A stretch of DNA of 64,000 nt from Cystobasidiomycetes sp. EMM_F5 (taxonomy: Eukaryota), in the NCBI GenBank assembly GCA_051047955.1, contig JBPGPT010000002.1, positions 992,001 to 1,056,000 on the forward strand, written 5' to 3'. Under the pieces are notes generated by a model. That model did no database searches. It had not been told where the DNA came from and saw only the letters and a program-made list of their open reading frames with translations. A program made the position numbers and the translations under genes. Shown here in pieces: positions 39,653 through 51,087 of the stretch (the first letter of the stretch is position 1; each line of letters starts with the position of its first letter).

Positions 39653-39777
39653 GACTGTACAATTAGTTGTGTCATATCGTGACGCGCATCATTTCATTCT
39701 TGTCTGAATCAATGTATAATGACCTATTTCATCTGCAGCTGCCGTTTAATCGTATGCAGAACTCTTCTGGTAGCCTT

Positions 39778-41005
39778 TCACAATTCCCCAACAATCTTTT
39801 GCGCTCCAGTCGAAGCTGCACTGTAGACTGAGCTCGCGCTGGCTGAGACTACCGACGCAGCACTCTCCACAGTTTTCGAGGCATCGGCCGCAACAGATGC
39901 ACCAGAAGCGTAAGCCTGCTTGGCGGCCTTGTCTGCTTCTCCTGCTACGCTCGCAGCCGAACTGGAAGCCTGTGCAGCGGCGGTTTCAGCGGCGCTGCTA
40001 ACGACCGACGATACGGAGCTGGCGGAAGCGCCCGCTTGCGAAATGATGCTTGCGGCGCTGGCGGAGGCTCCGTTGAAAGCGGCCAGGATATTTTGTCTGA
40101 TCTGAAGGTCGTCTAGCTGTTTGCCTGCCATAGTACCACGTTTGCTAGCAAGCTTTTGAAGGCGTTGAAACTCCTTTTGTGCCCAGTCTGATGACGACGC
40201 CGCCTTTTCGAACACCTTAAGGTAGTAGGTGGCTGCACTGACTTGGGCAGGGACTTGTAGTTTGGCAGCGAGCTGTTTGGCTTGGCTGAGGATTGTTGTG
40301 CGAGCGTCATCAGTCGAGCCGAGGTATGAGGCAAGGAGAGCATCGAAGTCGGGAAGTCGGCCGGCCTGGAATATCATCAGAATGATGCAAATTGTTTCGT
40401 GTCAGAGGAAAGTCACCGACAATGTCATTGAGTAATCCTCCTGTGCTGCGATGCGTGCCTGCTTGCTCGTTGATGTACTCCAGAAAAGCGGACTCGGTTC
40501 TGCCAGATTGGTAGTCGAGCGGTGCTGAGCCGTCGGCGGGGAAGAACTGTAACATCGTCAGCTAAGTCCATGCGCGCTAGCATGCGAGGTCACCTTGATA
40601 GTGGGATATCCCTTTACTCCAAATCTCTCGGCCGTTGGGCGATTGTCTGCGTTGTCTGCGTCGAGTTGCCCGATAAGAACCTAGAGAAGAAGTGTTGGTG
40701 GCAGGCTATTGCGGTCGATTTGCGACCCACGCTGTCCTCATCTGCAAAGTCCTTTCCCAATGCCTCCCACGTCGGCTCAAGCGACTTGCAATGACCGCAC
40801 CACGGCGCAAAGAAGGCGACCAGTGCATTCTTGCCATTGATTGCAGAGTCAAAGTTGGCGGCAGTGAGTTTAGTCGTCGACTGTGCTTAAAGCGTGAGTT
40901 GCAACCCAATGACGACGTGGCACTTCGTACCTTGACGTCTTCAAGTCCGGCCTGAACGCCAGCGAGGAGGGAGCCAATAACAACTGCGTAGTTTGTGAAT
41001 CTCAT
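39778..41005 (-). CDS. Protein disulfide isomerase family: signal peptide, one WCGHC thioredoxin domain, ERp29-C-like domain, Ala/Ser-rich tail
   Basis: MRFTNYAVVIGSLLAGVQA, FFAPWCGHCKSLEP, FGVKGYPTIK, DYQSGRT, AGRLPDFD, YYLKVFEK, DDLQIRQNILAAF. Ends KIVGEL. Confidence 0.88.
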
Positions 41006-41422
41006 GATGCAGATGATGGGGTTTAGTTGAACCAGCTTGCGAATTGAATGCGTTGTCAGCGCCCCCAAATGAATAATGATCGAAGAAGAAACCCAGATGT
41101 ACACGAGCACGACTATTACAGCAAGCTCTTTGTGCGTACTTCTTGGTGTCGATTGGCCGTACAGTCCGCTTATATGCCCGCTTCACGACCGCTCTGTGCA
41201 AATGGCCATGTAATCGGCTACCCAACCGCCAACGCAACCACAAAAAATCGGGCAATAGTAATTCTCGACAAGCAAATACATGTACGGATACCACTGTAGC
41301 TGCTCTACATGACTGCGTATTTTGTTTGAGCAAAAGTTGCGAAGTTGTCGTTCGACACCAGGCAATGCGGAATGAGAAGCAGCGGAGCGGGAGAATAGGC
41401 AACACCATGCGAAAAAGAATGG

Positions 41423-41427
41423 AAAAA
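41423..41427 (-). terminator. Pol III oligo(T) terminator of tRNA-Leu
   Basis: TTTTT on the minus strand, 4 nt after the discriminator A (41432). Confidence 0.75.
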
Positions 41428-41451
41428 GTAATGAAGACAGAGGGATTCGAA

Positions 41452-41508
41452 CTAGATAGAGCGCATTCATCAGTTCTACACCGCTACCAATTAGAGCCTC
41501 TAACGCAC
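41452..41508 (-). other. Spliceosomal-type intron in tRNA-Leu T-arm (position 53/54), 57 nt
   Basis: GTGCGT...ACTGAT...TAG. Confidence 0.88.
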
Positions 41509-41530
41509 CCCTCGCCCCGAAAGACTAGAT

Positions 41531-41559
41531 ATCGGCGGTGTCACTCTATCGAGTGTAGT
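41531..41559 (-). other. Canonical tRNA intron (37/38) of tRNA-Leu, 29 nt
   Basis: One base 3' of the anticodon, no GT-AG ends, internal hairpin CACTC-GATA-GAGTG. Confidence 0.88.
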
Positions 41560-41572
41560 CCTTAGTCTAGCG

Positions 41573-41626
41573 CTGATCTTATCATATCAGAACGGTTGTA
41601 ATATCGTCGGTAGCATTGTGACTAAC
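41573..41626 (-). other. Spliceosomal-type intron in tRNA-Leu D-stem (position 24/25), 54 nt
   Basis: GTTAGT...TCTGAT...CAG. Confidence 0.88.
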
Positions 41627-41637
41627 CCTTAGACCGC

Positions 41638-41697
41638 CTGATAATGATTTTCATTTAGTCCGAATTCCTCATGAGCGAAGAATTGGTAGGAACTGAC
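41638..41697 (-). other. Spliceosomal-type intron in tRNA-Leu D-loop (position 14/15), 60 nt
   Basis: GTCAGT...ACTAAA (weaker branch-site match)...CAG. Confidence 0.85.
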
Positions 41698-41740
41698 TCG
41701 GCCATATCTCCGATATTGATGGAGTCCGTTCGGGTGCTGT

Positions 41741-41749
41741 AACATATAT
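41741..41749 (-). promoter_or_regulatory. TATA-like element ATATATGTT upstream of tRNA-Leu
   Basis: Starts 38 nt upstream of the mature 5' end; identical 9-mer upstream of tRNA-Ser. Confidence 0.55.
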
Positions 41750-42300
41750 AACCCGACAACATGCAATTTTTTCTGCAGCAGCTTCTCCGCTTTTATTTTC
41801 GAAAAGCCAACCGCGGAATATCTCTTTCGTGGGTACTTCTTTCCGCTTATGCACCTCTCACCCTGATGACAACAACAGCCACATATTCCGGCTTCAGCGA
41901 TGCTACTAATTTGTCAAGCCTAAATTCAACATTCTTCGAAAATGCAATTAGCTTCGGATCTAGAAGATTTTGCCCGGTTCGCAGGTATATTCTTATATGT
42001 ACGCCTTGTATTTACAACGGGTACTCTCGCTGCTGATCAACCTCACGTTTTTGGGGCAGTTTCAAGACCGGCGTTGCGGTGAAGCGAACCCTCCCTTTGT
42101 TAGAACCACTTTTAGCTTATTCTAACAGGCTGACATATTTGTACATTGCTAACTAGTTTTCAAGCGAGCTCCTCTATGATCACAAGTCCGCGGCAGACCC
42201 CACGAATTCCCCCACGGGCCGTGATATTGTCTGACAATTCCTTCGCTTCTGCTGGATCCCATCAGGACAGACTGTGCGATTCACTCTTACCTTTTCACCA

Positions 42301-42347
42301 GTTGCGGACTGCGCAGTGAGCATATATCACACTGCGCAGTCGGCAAC
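42301..42347. repeat. Inverted repeat, 18-nt arms (17 pairs), 11-nt loop
   Basis: GTTGCGGACTGCGCAGTG / CACTGCGCAGTCGGCAAC; each arm contains the palindrome ACTGCGCAGT. Confidence 0.85.
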
Positions 42348-42466
42348 CATAACAGAGCCTAGCCGTAAGCAGTTTCTGCAATTGCAAGCGTAAGGCAATG
42401 TCAAGAAATGTTTCGAGAAGTGTGAGGCGGAGAAGCTTAAGCCGAGAATACTGAAAACAATAGCTA

Positions 42467-43253
42467 ATGTATATTGTTACTAAGCTGCAATGCCTCCTCT
42501 GTCCCCAGCTCCAATCCATCCCAAGCTTCAGGGGCACTGCTCCTGCCCCGCAAACTATTCAAAACGACTTGCGCCCTGTCGTTGATCTTATAGTCGACAC
42601 CTCGGCCGTAAAGGCTGTAGACACACTATCTGCTGTCGCTCCTACCAGCACTTGGAATATTACAACCCGGAAGCCCCTCAACAATCGCGGCCGCGGCCTG
42701 GGCAAGGACCTAGTTGAGAAACCGCAAGGAGACCTCCAGAAATGGTTTTGGAACCCAAAGTAGCGGCACGCTCCAGCAGAGCTTGACCGGCCTGTTAAGC
42801 TTGCCAGGCTCAATGAGCCTGCTGCTTTGCTATCAGTGAGTGATCACTCTGAAACGCCGTCGACATTGTCGATCGCTTCCACGTCTTCGACTTTCTGTGG
42901 CTTCTTGCCCACACACTCTTCCACGCAATCTTCCTTCTACGGCGTCATCGGCGGAGCCGCTTCCGCTTCGTCTTCGACTTCGACTTCGCCAAAAGCTTCC
43001 GCATCCTCCTTCTTCCCCAAGTACCGTTCGCGCATTGCAGGTGCTGCAACAGAGATTATCCTTACTGCTGAGGAAGCAGAGACAACTGATGTCCATGTGA
43101 AGACCTGGACCACAAGGCGCCTGCGTCGACCACATCGGGACAGGCCCAGGTAAGTCAGCAGAGCCTGCGGCTCAGACATAGGCTGACATCTGCATCAGCA
43201 TTGCGAAGCGGTTCATATCGCACGAATTCACCAAGTCTGGAAAGGAGCTCTAG
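42467..43253 (+). pseudogene. Possible degenerate or orphan gene: Ser-rich frame broken by one in-frame TAG (42761-42763)
   Basis: ORFs 42467-42763 and 42827-43153 share a frame that stays open between them, followed by a GTAAGT...GCTGAC...CAG intron. No recognisable family. Confidence 0.3.
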
Positions 43254-43276
43254 GTTGTTTGACTGACGGTAGCACA

Positions 43277-43316
43277 CAAGAACAAACAAGAACAGGCAAG
43301 AACAAGCAAAAACAAG
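43277..43316 (+). repeat. Imperfect 10-nt tandem repeat (CAAGAACAAR-like, 4 copies)
   Basis: caagaacaaa caagaacagg caagaacaag caaaaacaag. Confidence 0.7.
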
Positions 43317-43383
43317 AAGTGCGTACCTAAGATGCTTGGATGACCAGCATAACCAGCTTAGCATCTCGATAGTCTTCCTAATT

Positions 43384-44283
43384 CTATTCAGGCCTGTGCA
43401 ACCTCTCTTGGTACGCCGCCCAGCCGGCATTTCTATATTCTCTAGCAGTCTCGGCTATCCTGTCGGCCTTGCTATAGATTCCTCTCCCGACAATGATAAT
43501 GTCGCAGCCGTCTCTGGCGACGACCTCGTGAGGCGTACGATATTGTTGGCCTAGCTCGCCATTCGAAGCTGCCAATTGTACGCCCGGTGTCAGGACTAGG
43601 AAATCTTCACTGTTGTGCTCGCTCATTCGATGCTGAGCTATGAACCCCATTACAAATTCTTGATTCCTCCGGGCCATCTCGAGCGTCTTCTTTGTGTACT
43701 CGCCTGTTGCCAGAGAACCTGCACTGCTCATTTCTGCCAAAAGCAGGAGACCCCTGTTTTGCGGCAATCCGACTTTGGCCAGACCCGCAATGATTCCCTC
43801 GCCTGGAACAGTATGAGCATTCACGACATGAGCCCACGATGCGATATTGTACACGCCAGAGGAATATTGAAGCGAGACGGTATTGCCAATGTCGGCGAAT
43901 TTGCGGTCCTCTATGCGACCAGCGTCAGTCACGAGCGAAGACACGTAGATTATGCATATATCACACCAAATATCAGAAAGTCATGTTGTTTGCTCAGTTC
44001 CGTTAGTCGCCGTGTTAGTTCTGGCGTAAAGTCCTCGACAATGTCAATATGCGTCTGATTGCATTACTTCAGCACAGCAAGCTTGTTGATCTTGCCCGCA
44101 ACCTACCTTGACCATGCATAGGAACGGAGCGGCAGTTTCAACAATCCTGATAATCTCGTCGCTTTTCGTCACGTCCACCGACAGGCATAGATTGGATTGC
44201 TTCCGCTCCATCAGCTCGAGCAGCTCTCTTGCCAGAGGATGTCGATGCTTTCTCGCCCGTTCAGCATAAGTTTGCGTATTCAT
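43384..44283 (-). CDS. URA3: Orotidine-5'-phosphate decarboxylase
   Basis: [63 protein letters not shown]. Confidence 0.97.
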
Positions 44284-44455
44284 GCTGTCGTTTGGTCAGA
44301 AGAATACAATGGAGTTACCATATTCTGGACCTTGCAGCTTGACACCGTTACGCACAACCGGCTGAGCACGATGGGATGCCAAAATGCAACTGTGACAATG
44401 CGAGCTCATGGTTGCATTAGCACGTCTAGCTGAATGCTGTCCGTGATTGGCAAGC

Positions 44456-47400
44456 ATGACCGACACTGGCAGCTACTCTGGGTAGATGGTTCATGTACAT
44501 ATCAAGGGCCAACGCCTGACTCTTTGACTGCAGCCTACGACGACGCTACAATACAGCGCTGGGCGGAGCAGAGTCTAGTCTGCGAGCGCTTCTCGGCGCC
44601 CCGTCGTCATCTTGGAGAAACATCGCTACCGCTAGTGCTCAGCAGCCCGTTGAAGATGGCCTGCTGCGACGAGACGATGCGAGCACGAGCAGCTCGAGTA
44701 TCGCAGGAGCCGTCGATGGACCAGTCTTCTTGCACCGCAAACGTGTGAAAGGCAGTCCAGACGTACTGCGAGCGACATGTCATGTGCCGATCAAGGATCC
44801 TGCAACAGCGCTCGAATCCTTTCGAGCTGTGTTGACAGCTTCAGAGGCGAGGCCAGCATGGGATACCAGCGTAGAGAAGCAGGAGACTCTGGAAATAGTC
44901 GAGCCGGCCATCAAACTGGTCCGAACGTACACAAAGATTGGTTGGCCAAGCAGGTCTGTCCGGCTCAATTGGACACTTTGCACAAGACACTTCTGACTTT
45001 CCTCTTGTCCTCTCCGACCCTGCTGTAGTGCCCGCGACTTTGTCGCAGTGCAAAAGGTTTTGCAGGAACCCGGCAAGACTCTGATCCACATCGCTGTATC
45101 CCTACCACGCAAGACGCAAGAGTCAGTGCATGATCCCCCATTCCTACGCCCTTCTCCTCCGTATGTAAGATCACACGTCCATTTGTGCGCTTTCGTCGTG
45201 ACTTTTCCGTCGGCCACACGCGCACGACTGTCAATGTACTGGCAGTGGGATCTCAAGGGCTCGGGCGTAGTGTGGACATCTCACCAAAGTCTTCTATCAG
45301 ACATTGTACAGAATCTCGTCAATTATACCCGTCAGCACTCTGGCCGTATGCCATACGTTCGGGGGTGGGGCAAGTGCATATCACTAGATAACGAAATAAC
45401 AGACGAAAGTCAAGACCGCCTGACAATTGACTGCAGCATCTATCGGGAAGGTGCATCGGATGATTTCGACAAGAATACCGTCTTGATTGAGAAGGGCAAA
45501 GAGAGGCAGAGGCTTGAGCGTGCCCTCGAGGTGCGATTACCATCGCCAGATACTGGCGAAGCAGGCTGGAACGTGTCCATCGTATCGACACCTGCGTTAG
45601 ACAAGAACGGATCAGCGCCATGGCGATGTGTCGCAGAGACAGCGCAGGCCATTACCAAAACTCCTGGCGAGAGGATAACGTTGCGCGTTTTTCACGACAC
45701 GGTACAAGATTACGCTAGCTTGCGAATAATCATGGAACGGCTCGCTGGCGGCAAACTGGTACGGATTAATGGAGATACGCTCGAAATAAGTGACACCAGC
45801 ACAGCAAATACACCATCACTTTCTTTACCCTCTATTGCGGATAGCTCACGGGTTGAAGCTATAGTCAAGGATACCGCGAGCATACGTACAATCGCAACCG
45901 TAGAATCTGCTTCGTCAGTTTCTATCGCACCTCCGTCACCAACTACTGCTGCTAAATCAGAGGCGGCAAGCGATGCACAGAACGTAATGCGAGCATCGCT
46001 TAATAGAACCTACGCCTCTTTCTTGTCGTTACTTCAGGCACCAGCTGCCAAATGGAGAAACGTGACCGAGATTCGCAATGTGTCAGTCAGCACCTTCTCC
46101 GCCATCGACCTTACAGCCACACCTATACACAAGTTCGAGTCCACATTTGTGAACACGACTTTGTGGGATGTTCTGAGCGTATGCTTGAGTGATGGCGCAC
46201 GTTTAGAGTGGGATCGATTGTCCGGCTTGGAGCACTTTGAGCTTATCGGGCAGACCGAGGTAGATGTGCAAGAGAAAGTGCAAGTCCCAAGTCAGAACAT
46301 TGCTGCTGCAGATGGAATGGTCACTTTTTGGCAAGCCAAGTGGAAGGGCAGCTGGGCTAGCTCGGCTAGGCGTACCTTGATGCTCAGAGCCCTATATAAG
46401 TCACCGACATCGGTACACGTCTTTTTCAGCTCCGTGTTGCAGTCAGATCCGGCTGTCGACAAGCATCTGTTCGTAAAGCCACCTACTCCAGACCCGAATA
46501 CAATAGAAAGCGAGGTTCTGCTTCAAGCCATGGCCATTGATCAGATATCCCCGACAACAACTTCGCTCACCATTGTTGATCAGACCAACCCGAAAGGGTG
46601 GAGCAGGAGCGGCTACTCAGCAATGGCCAATGCCGTCGCCAATATTGGTGACTATGGTAAGCGAGTGTGATCATATACATCAACGTGCTAAGTCGTTTGC
46701 ACAGTTCTCAAGAATGGCTCTCCTCCTCTACTAACGCGGCTCAGTGGCGCACATTTGCGTAATGAAGGATATGCACGCGATACTGGAGTCTCTACTTTCG
46801 AGTATACACCTCGCTCTACATCGTCATCGAAGGAGCGCAAGACCGAAGCCGTGTTCCACTGCGATAATGCAATCTGGTCTACTACCGGTGTCTCATTGAC
46901 GGTGAAGCCTCCAATGCGAATTGCTTCTGTGCTCCTGCGGCATCGACTCTCGGAGCGGGGCTCCGGATGCTGGATCACGCTTGAACATACGTTCGAAAAC
47001 AGCGGAGCTGCTGCGGATGTACTTGATGAGCAGCTTCTTGTTACGGTGAAATTTCAGCGTCACGCATCCGATGCTTCTCTGGGCTTGCGCGACCGGAGCG
47101 CTGTCTGGATCAATGGCGAGAAGATGAAAGTTGACGTGGAGGAGATGAAGGAGGAGCAGGTGAAGGAACTCAAAGCGAAGAAACGAATCAAGAATCCTGC
47201 TCTCTTGTTGGATAGAACTGTTGGATCTCAGCGACCCGGACATCGAACGCGACCATCTTCGGTGCTAGACACCGATGAAGTACGCTCGATAATCGCAGCC
47301 GCTCCGCCTATCATTAATAGTGTTGCACCGTTGCCACCACAGCCTCCTATGCATTACGCATTCGAAGGATTGGCTTGGTTGCAGAGTTTCTATTCAGACT

Positions 47401-49616
47401 TGTCGGCGGGTTCAGATTCCACGGAAGCTACAGCCGACTGGCTCATACTTTCTCACACGGAGAACAATTCCCCGTTGCGAATCAGTAAGCGGATCGAGCC
47501 GCGCTTATCAGCGGCCTATCCTCTTTATAGAGTCGAGCGGACGATTCCCAATGTAGCTGGACAGGATGTTATGGAACTTGTGTCTTCGACGAACTGGCCC
47601 ATCCGCCAAACATGGGATGATCGCCTCAGCGGTATCACTACTCTCTTCGATTTTCAGCATGGCGGTACCCTTAGCGCTTGGACCGCAAAGTCCAACTTCC
47701 CCTTGCGGAGTCGTGTAGGGCATATTGCTTCTGCTCGCGCTCATCTTCTGGTACCAGCCGCGAGGTCCTCGAAGAAAGCGACATCGCGTGTCCTTTTTTC
47801 GGCATCAGCGTCCTTTCCACTCGAAAAGATGCCCTATGTGAGATCGGCGGAGCCCGCAGGTGGCACTACTGAGTTGGATACATCAATGTACAATGCTTCA
47901 AAGCTGTCGGAGTTCAGCGTATATCTGGAGGGCTGGATTGTGGAGACCATCGACAGCTTGGGAGACGAGGACGACGACGCGCCTTCGGTGCTGCCGCACA
48001 CCAGATGTACCTACTTCACCTGCACCAGCATGCCCAGCGCACCCGGTCAAGGAGCCTTCAGCGGTGGCAACGTTGGCCTGCGCTTCGCCAAACTGTTCGA
48101 GAATCTCGAGTCTTCCCTGCGCTCGTCAAAAGCTTCAGTGAATTTGCGCAACCCAGCCCAAGCTTTGCAAATCGATGGATCGCTTCAGCAGCCAAAACAA
48201 ATGACCCAAGATGATGCTTGGATTTACTCGGAACGCTCTGCCATACCGTACGTGATCAAAGCTGATGGCGAGCACACGGTCGTGCGATTGTCTCTGCCAA
48301 AGCTAGGCGAACCCAACAAATCAAATAGCAGCGATGACAGAAGTATCAGTAATACAGTGTCGGCTGGTCCAGCGGCGACTGCCAAGTCGCAGACTACCGC
48401 TCCCATCGATAAGCTCAGACCTGCACCAAGGCCAAACAACAGCACAACATCTCTAACTCGCCTACAATCCTTTGACAGCGATGAACCTGACACGCTTGTC
48501 GCAGAGCTGCAATTCACCCGACGGACCGATACGGCGGGATTTGACCTGGTTGCGGATGCATGTGCAATTAGCGATGACAAGCTTCCCTTGTCTACTGCGT
48601 ATCACGAGTGGGACACGATCTCAAACATACCGTGGCGCCTCAAAGCATACCCACTGAGTCTGCCGGCGGGGCAAGCATCAACATACTTGGTAAAGCTGTT
48701 GTTGCCTACTGCCCAGTATGTCTCACCCCTACTGCACCCGCTATCAAACGGTGTTGTAAGACCGGCAGTTCCCGCGTGGTACAGGCAGCTGGCAGAGACA
48801 GGCGGCTTAGTGCACATCTCCGTACGCTCGCGACCAGTCATCATGCAGATTGAAGGCCGTCCCAGTTCGCCATTGAATTTTACTCTGAACGGTGCCAACG
48901 TCATGTTGGCTACGGAAGGCGAAACTAAAGCCATACTACAAGAGCTGGATGATATAGATGACGAAGTCTCCCTGCCATTAGTTAAATTGAGTCGGTGGGT
49001 AAAGGATACTCGACAGAGGCGCCAGACAGGCTGACAAAGCTAACGCAGGTCGAATGATGCCGTCTCTACGGAAAGGGTGCCTCTAAACGCCCTGTCACCT
49101 GTGCTAGTTAATGCCAGCATCCTGCGTGCTCCGCCGCCGGCAATCTCTGAGCAGTCGGCAAATCTGCTCAACTCAGAAACCCCGCCGTCAGGCGCCACAT
49201 CCCCTCTCGTGTCAAGCCTGGGCTTGTCTCGCCGTGCCACCAGGGATGCCAGTCTGGGTGCAGCGGTTGCCAACATAGAAAAGGCAACGCAGCCCATCGT
49301 CGACCTCTTCACTGCCACGGCAGTGGTCCCTGGTAGCTTACCTAATGGCCAAGCTGCGCCAGTCTCTGAGCGTACATACCGACGATCCTTCGTCATACTC
49401 ATTGCTGTTATATCGTTCCTCCTTGGCTCCCTATTGCGGTCGCTATTGAGTCCTGGAGATTACGTATTCTTTACAGAGTCCGCCGGCAGTGTTGACACTG
49501 CAGTACTGGAGTTGTTAGACCCAACGAGAAAGTGGAAGTACGCAATGCGATTGCTACAGCTTCCCGTCCCTGGCTTCAATAAAGACATTATTGCAGCTTT
49601 TGTAGAAAAGTCCTGA
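44456..49616 (+). CDS. Large multi-START (lipid-binding) domain protein with C-terminal transmembrane helix
   Basis: Three START-like segments (RPAWD..VE/KIGWP..PRDFV/PPFLRPSPPYVRSHV; RLEWD/IDQISPTTT; RQTWDDRL/LEGWIVET) and C-terminal FVILIAVISFLLGSLLRSLLSPGDYV. Start MTDTGSYSG/LRRRY inferred from splice signals. Confidence 0.8.
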
Positions 49617-49750
49617 TGGATACAAGCTACATGAACAGAGCAATGTAAGGTGTAAGTCTTTGATGTTGTAGGAACAGTGTTTAAGCGGTTGGGAATCTCC
49701 AAATACAACGGGCATTAGATTCCGCTAGTCATCATATATCTACAGCTTCT

Positions 49751-51087
49751 TCAAGCTTGCCGAACTTCGTACAGTGCGCAAAAGCCTTTGAGTGATGAAA
49801 GGCGCGGTTTGTCATGTTTAAATTTGACCAGCTCTGCGTTTATGCCGGCTTGCGGGATTGCGTTAAGGTGCCCGAGACGCTGCATAGTCGCTGTATTGTC
49901 TTCTTCCATGTCACGGCCATTCGATATATCGAAAGAGGAGAGGTCCCCGAGATATAGTGCTGGAGGCGGTTCTTTTCTACAGGGCTGCCTTGGAGTATCT
50001 GAAGCATGGCGTTGTTTGCCAGTACGTGCGGCAATTCCGCTGCCTGTACCGCGCTGCTCGAACAAGATGGGCGTTTGTGGCTTCTTGTTGTAGACAGAGC
50101 TGCGTACGCCAGCACCTAGCCTGCATCCTCAAATCCCGTCATTAGACTTGAGGACCAAGCTAGTATCGAATGCTCGACGTACAATTTCTCAAAGTCATCC
50201 GTTTTTTTCCAGGACCCTTTATCTTTTGCTATCCCTGCAGAGCCATAGCCGCAGCTCGAGGCTTTCGACTGTTCCTTCCCGATACCAAAGTAAGCGTCTA
50301 GGACGGTAGTACCTTGCTTTGCACCATTCGTGGCATCAGCGGGAATGGGCGTAGTCTCTGATGGGCTATGATTAAAGTCGGGTAGTGCCGCTCTCGAGGC
50401 AGCTCTTGGCTTGATACGTAATGCGAGACCAACTCGTCTCAAAGTGAATCTCTTGTTGGTAGGAACGCCTTTGGAAATAGAGTGACCGTGATGCGCTTGC
50501 AGAGAAGCATAATGATACTGCTTGGCGGACACGGCAGTCTTCGGAGAGAGCGGGCTTCGAGGGCTTTTCCTTGCTCCTATTGAACCTATATCAAAAGCCT
50601 CTAATCTGGGGGAAGCCGACTTTTCGGGAGACGAAGTCGAGAAGCGTTGCCACAGCTCCTGCCCAAAAGTAGAGTGTCGAGCAGACACATTATCACCAGG
50701 TTCGGGTGCTAAATCCCGACCGAGAGAGGCAGTGGATGAGTTGATATATGTAGTTGCCTCAGACGAACGATCCTGCTCGACATTCCATGGACTTCTGGAC
50801 TCGGGGCCCGGAAGCCTCATGAACGAAGACGGTAGAGCTGGTCTAAGGCGCGATCTTTGGACCCGTATAGGCCGATACTTGTCCTCGACAGACATCTTGC
50901 GTCGCGAGCTTAGGCCAATAAGACTAGTCTTGTCTTTGCCGGTTTCAAAGTCATCTGCCCAGAGAAGGCTGGTTGGCGAGGACGGCGAGGATGGGACGGC
51001 TTTGGATCTGCCCATTGTATCGAGATTACTCCGATGATTTGGGTGGAAATTTGGGGCGGAGCGGCTGCGACCCCTTTCAGTAGCCAA
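49751..51087 (-). CDS. Hypothetical Ser/Arg/Pro-rich disordered protein (boundaries uncertain)
   Basis: 323-aa ORF joinable through a GTACGT...CAG intron to ORF 49751-50065. No recognisable domain. Confidence 0.45.

Larger units (their letters stand above)
41432..41711 (-). tRNA. tRNA-Leu(AAG) in five exons: three spliceosomal-type GT-AG introns plus one canonical 37/38 intron
   Basis: Exons 41711-41698, 41637-41627, 41572-41560, 41530-41509 and 41451-41432 join to GGAGATATGGCCGAGCGGTCTAAGGCGCTAGACTAAGGATCTAGTCTTTCGGGGCGAGGGTTCGAATCCCTCTGTCTTCA (80 nt). Acceptor GGAGATA/TGTCTTC, D-stem GCC/GGC, anticodon stem CTAGA/TCTAG, anticodon AAG, long variable arm, T-arm GAGGG-TTCGAAT-CCCTC, discriminator A. 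Confidence 0.93.

Noticed and set aside
41636..41700. Plus-strand C/D-box snoRNA-like pattern (ATGATT...CTGA)
   Set aside because: Box C is imperfect, and the segment is fully explained as the reverse complement of the first tRNA-Leu intron (GTCAGT...CAG).
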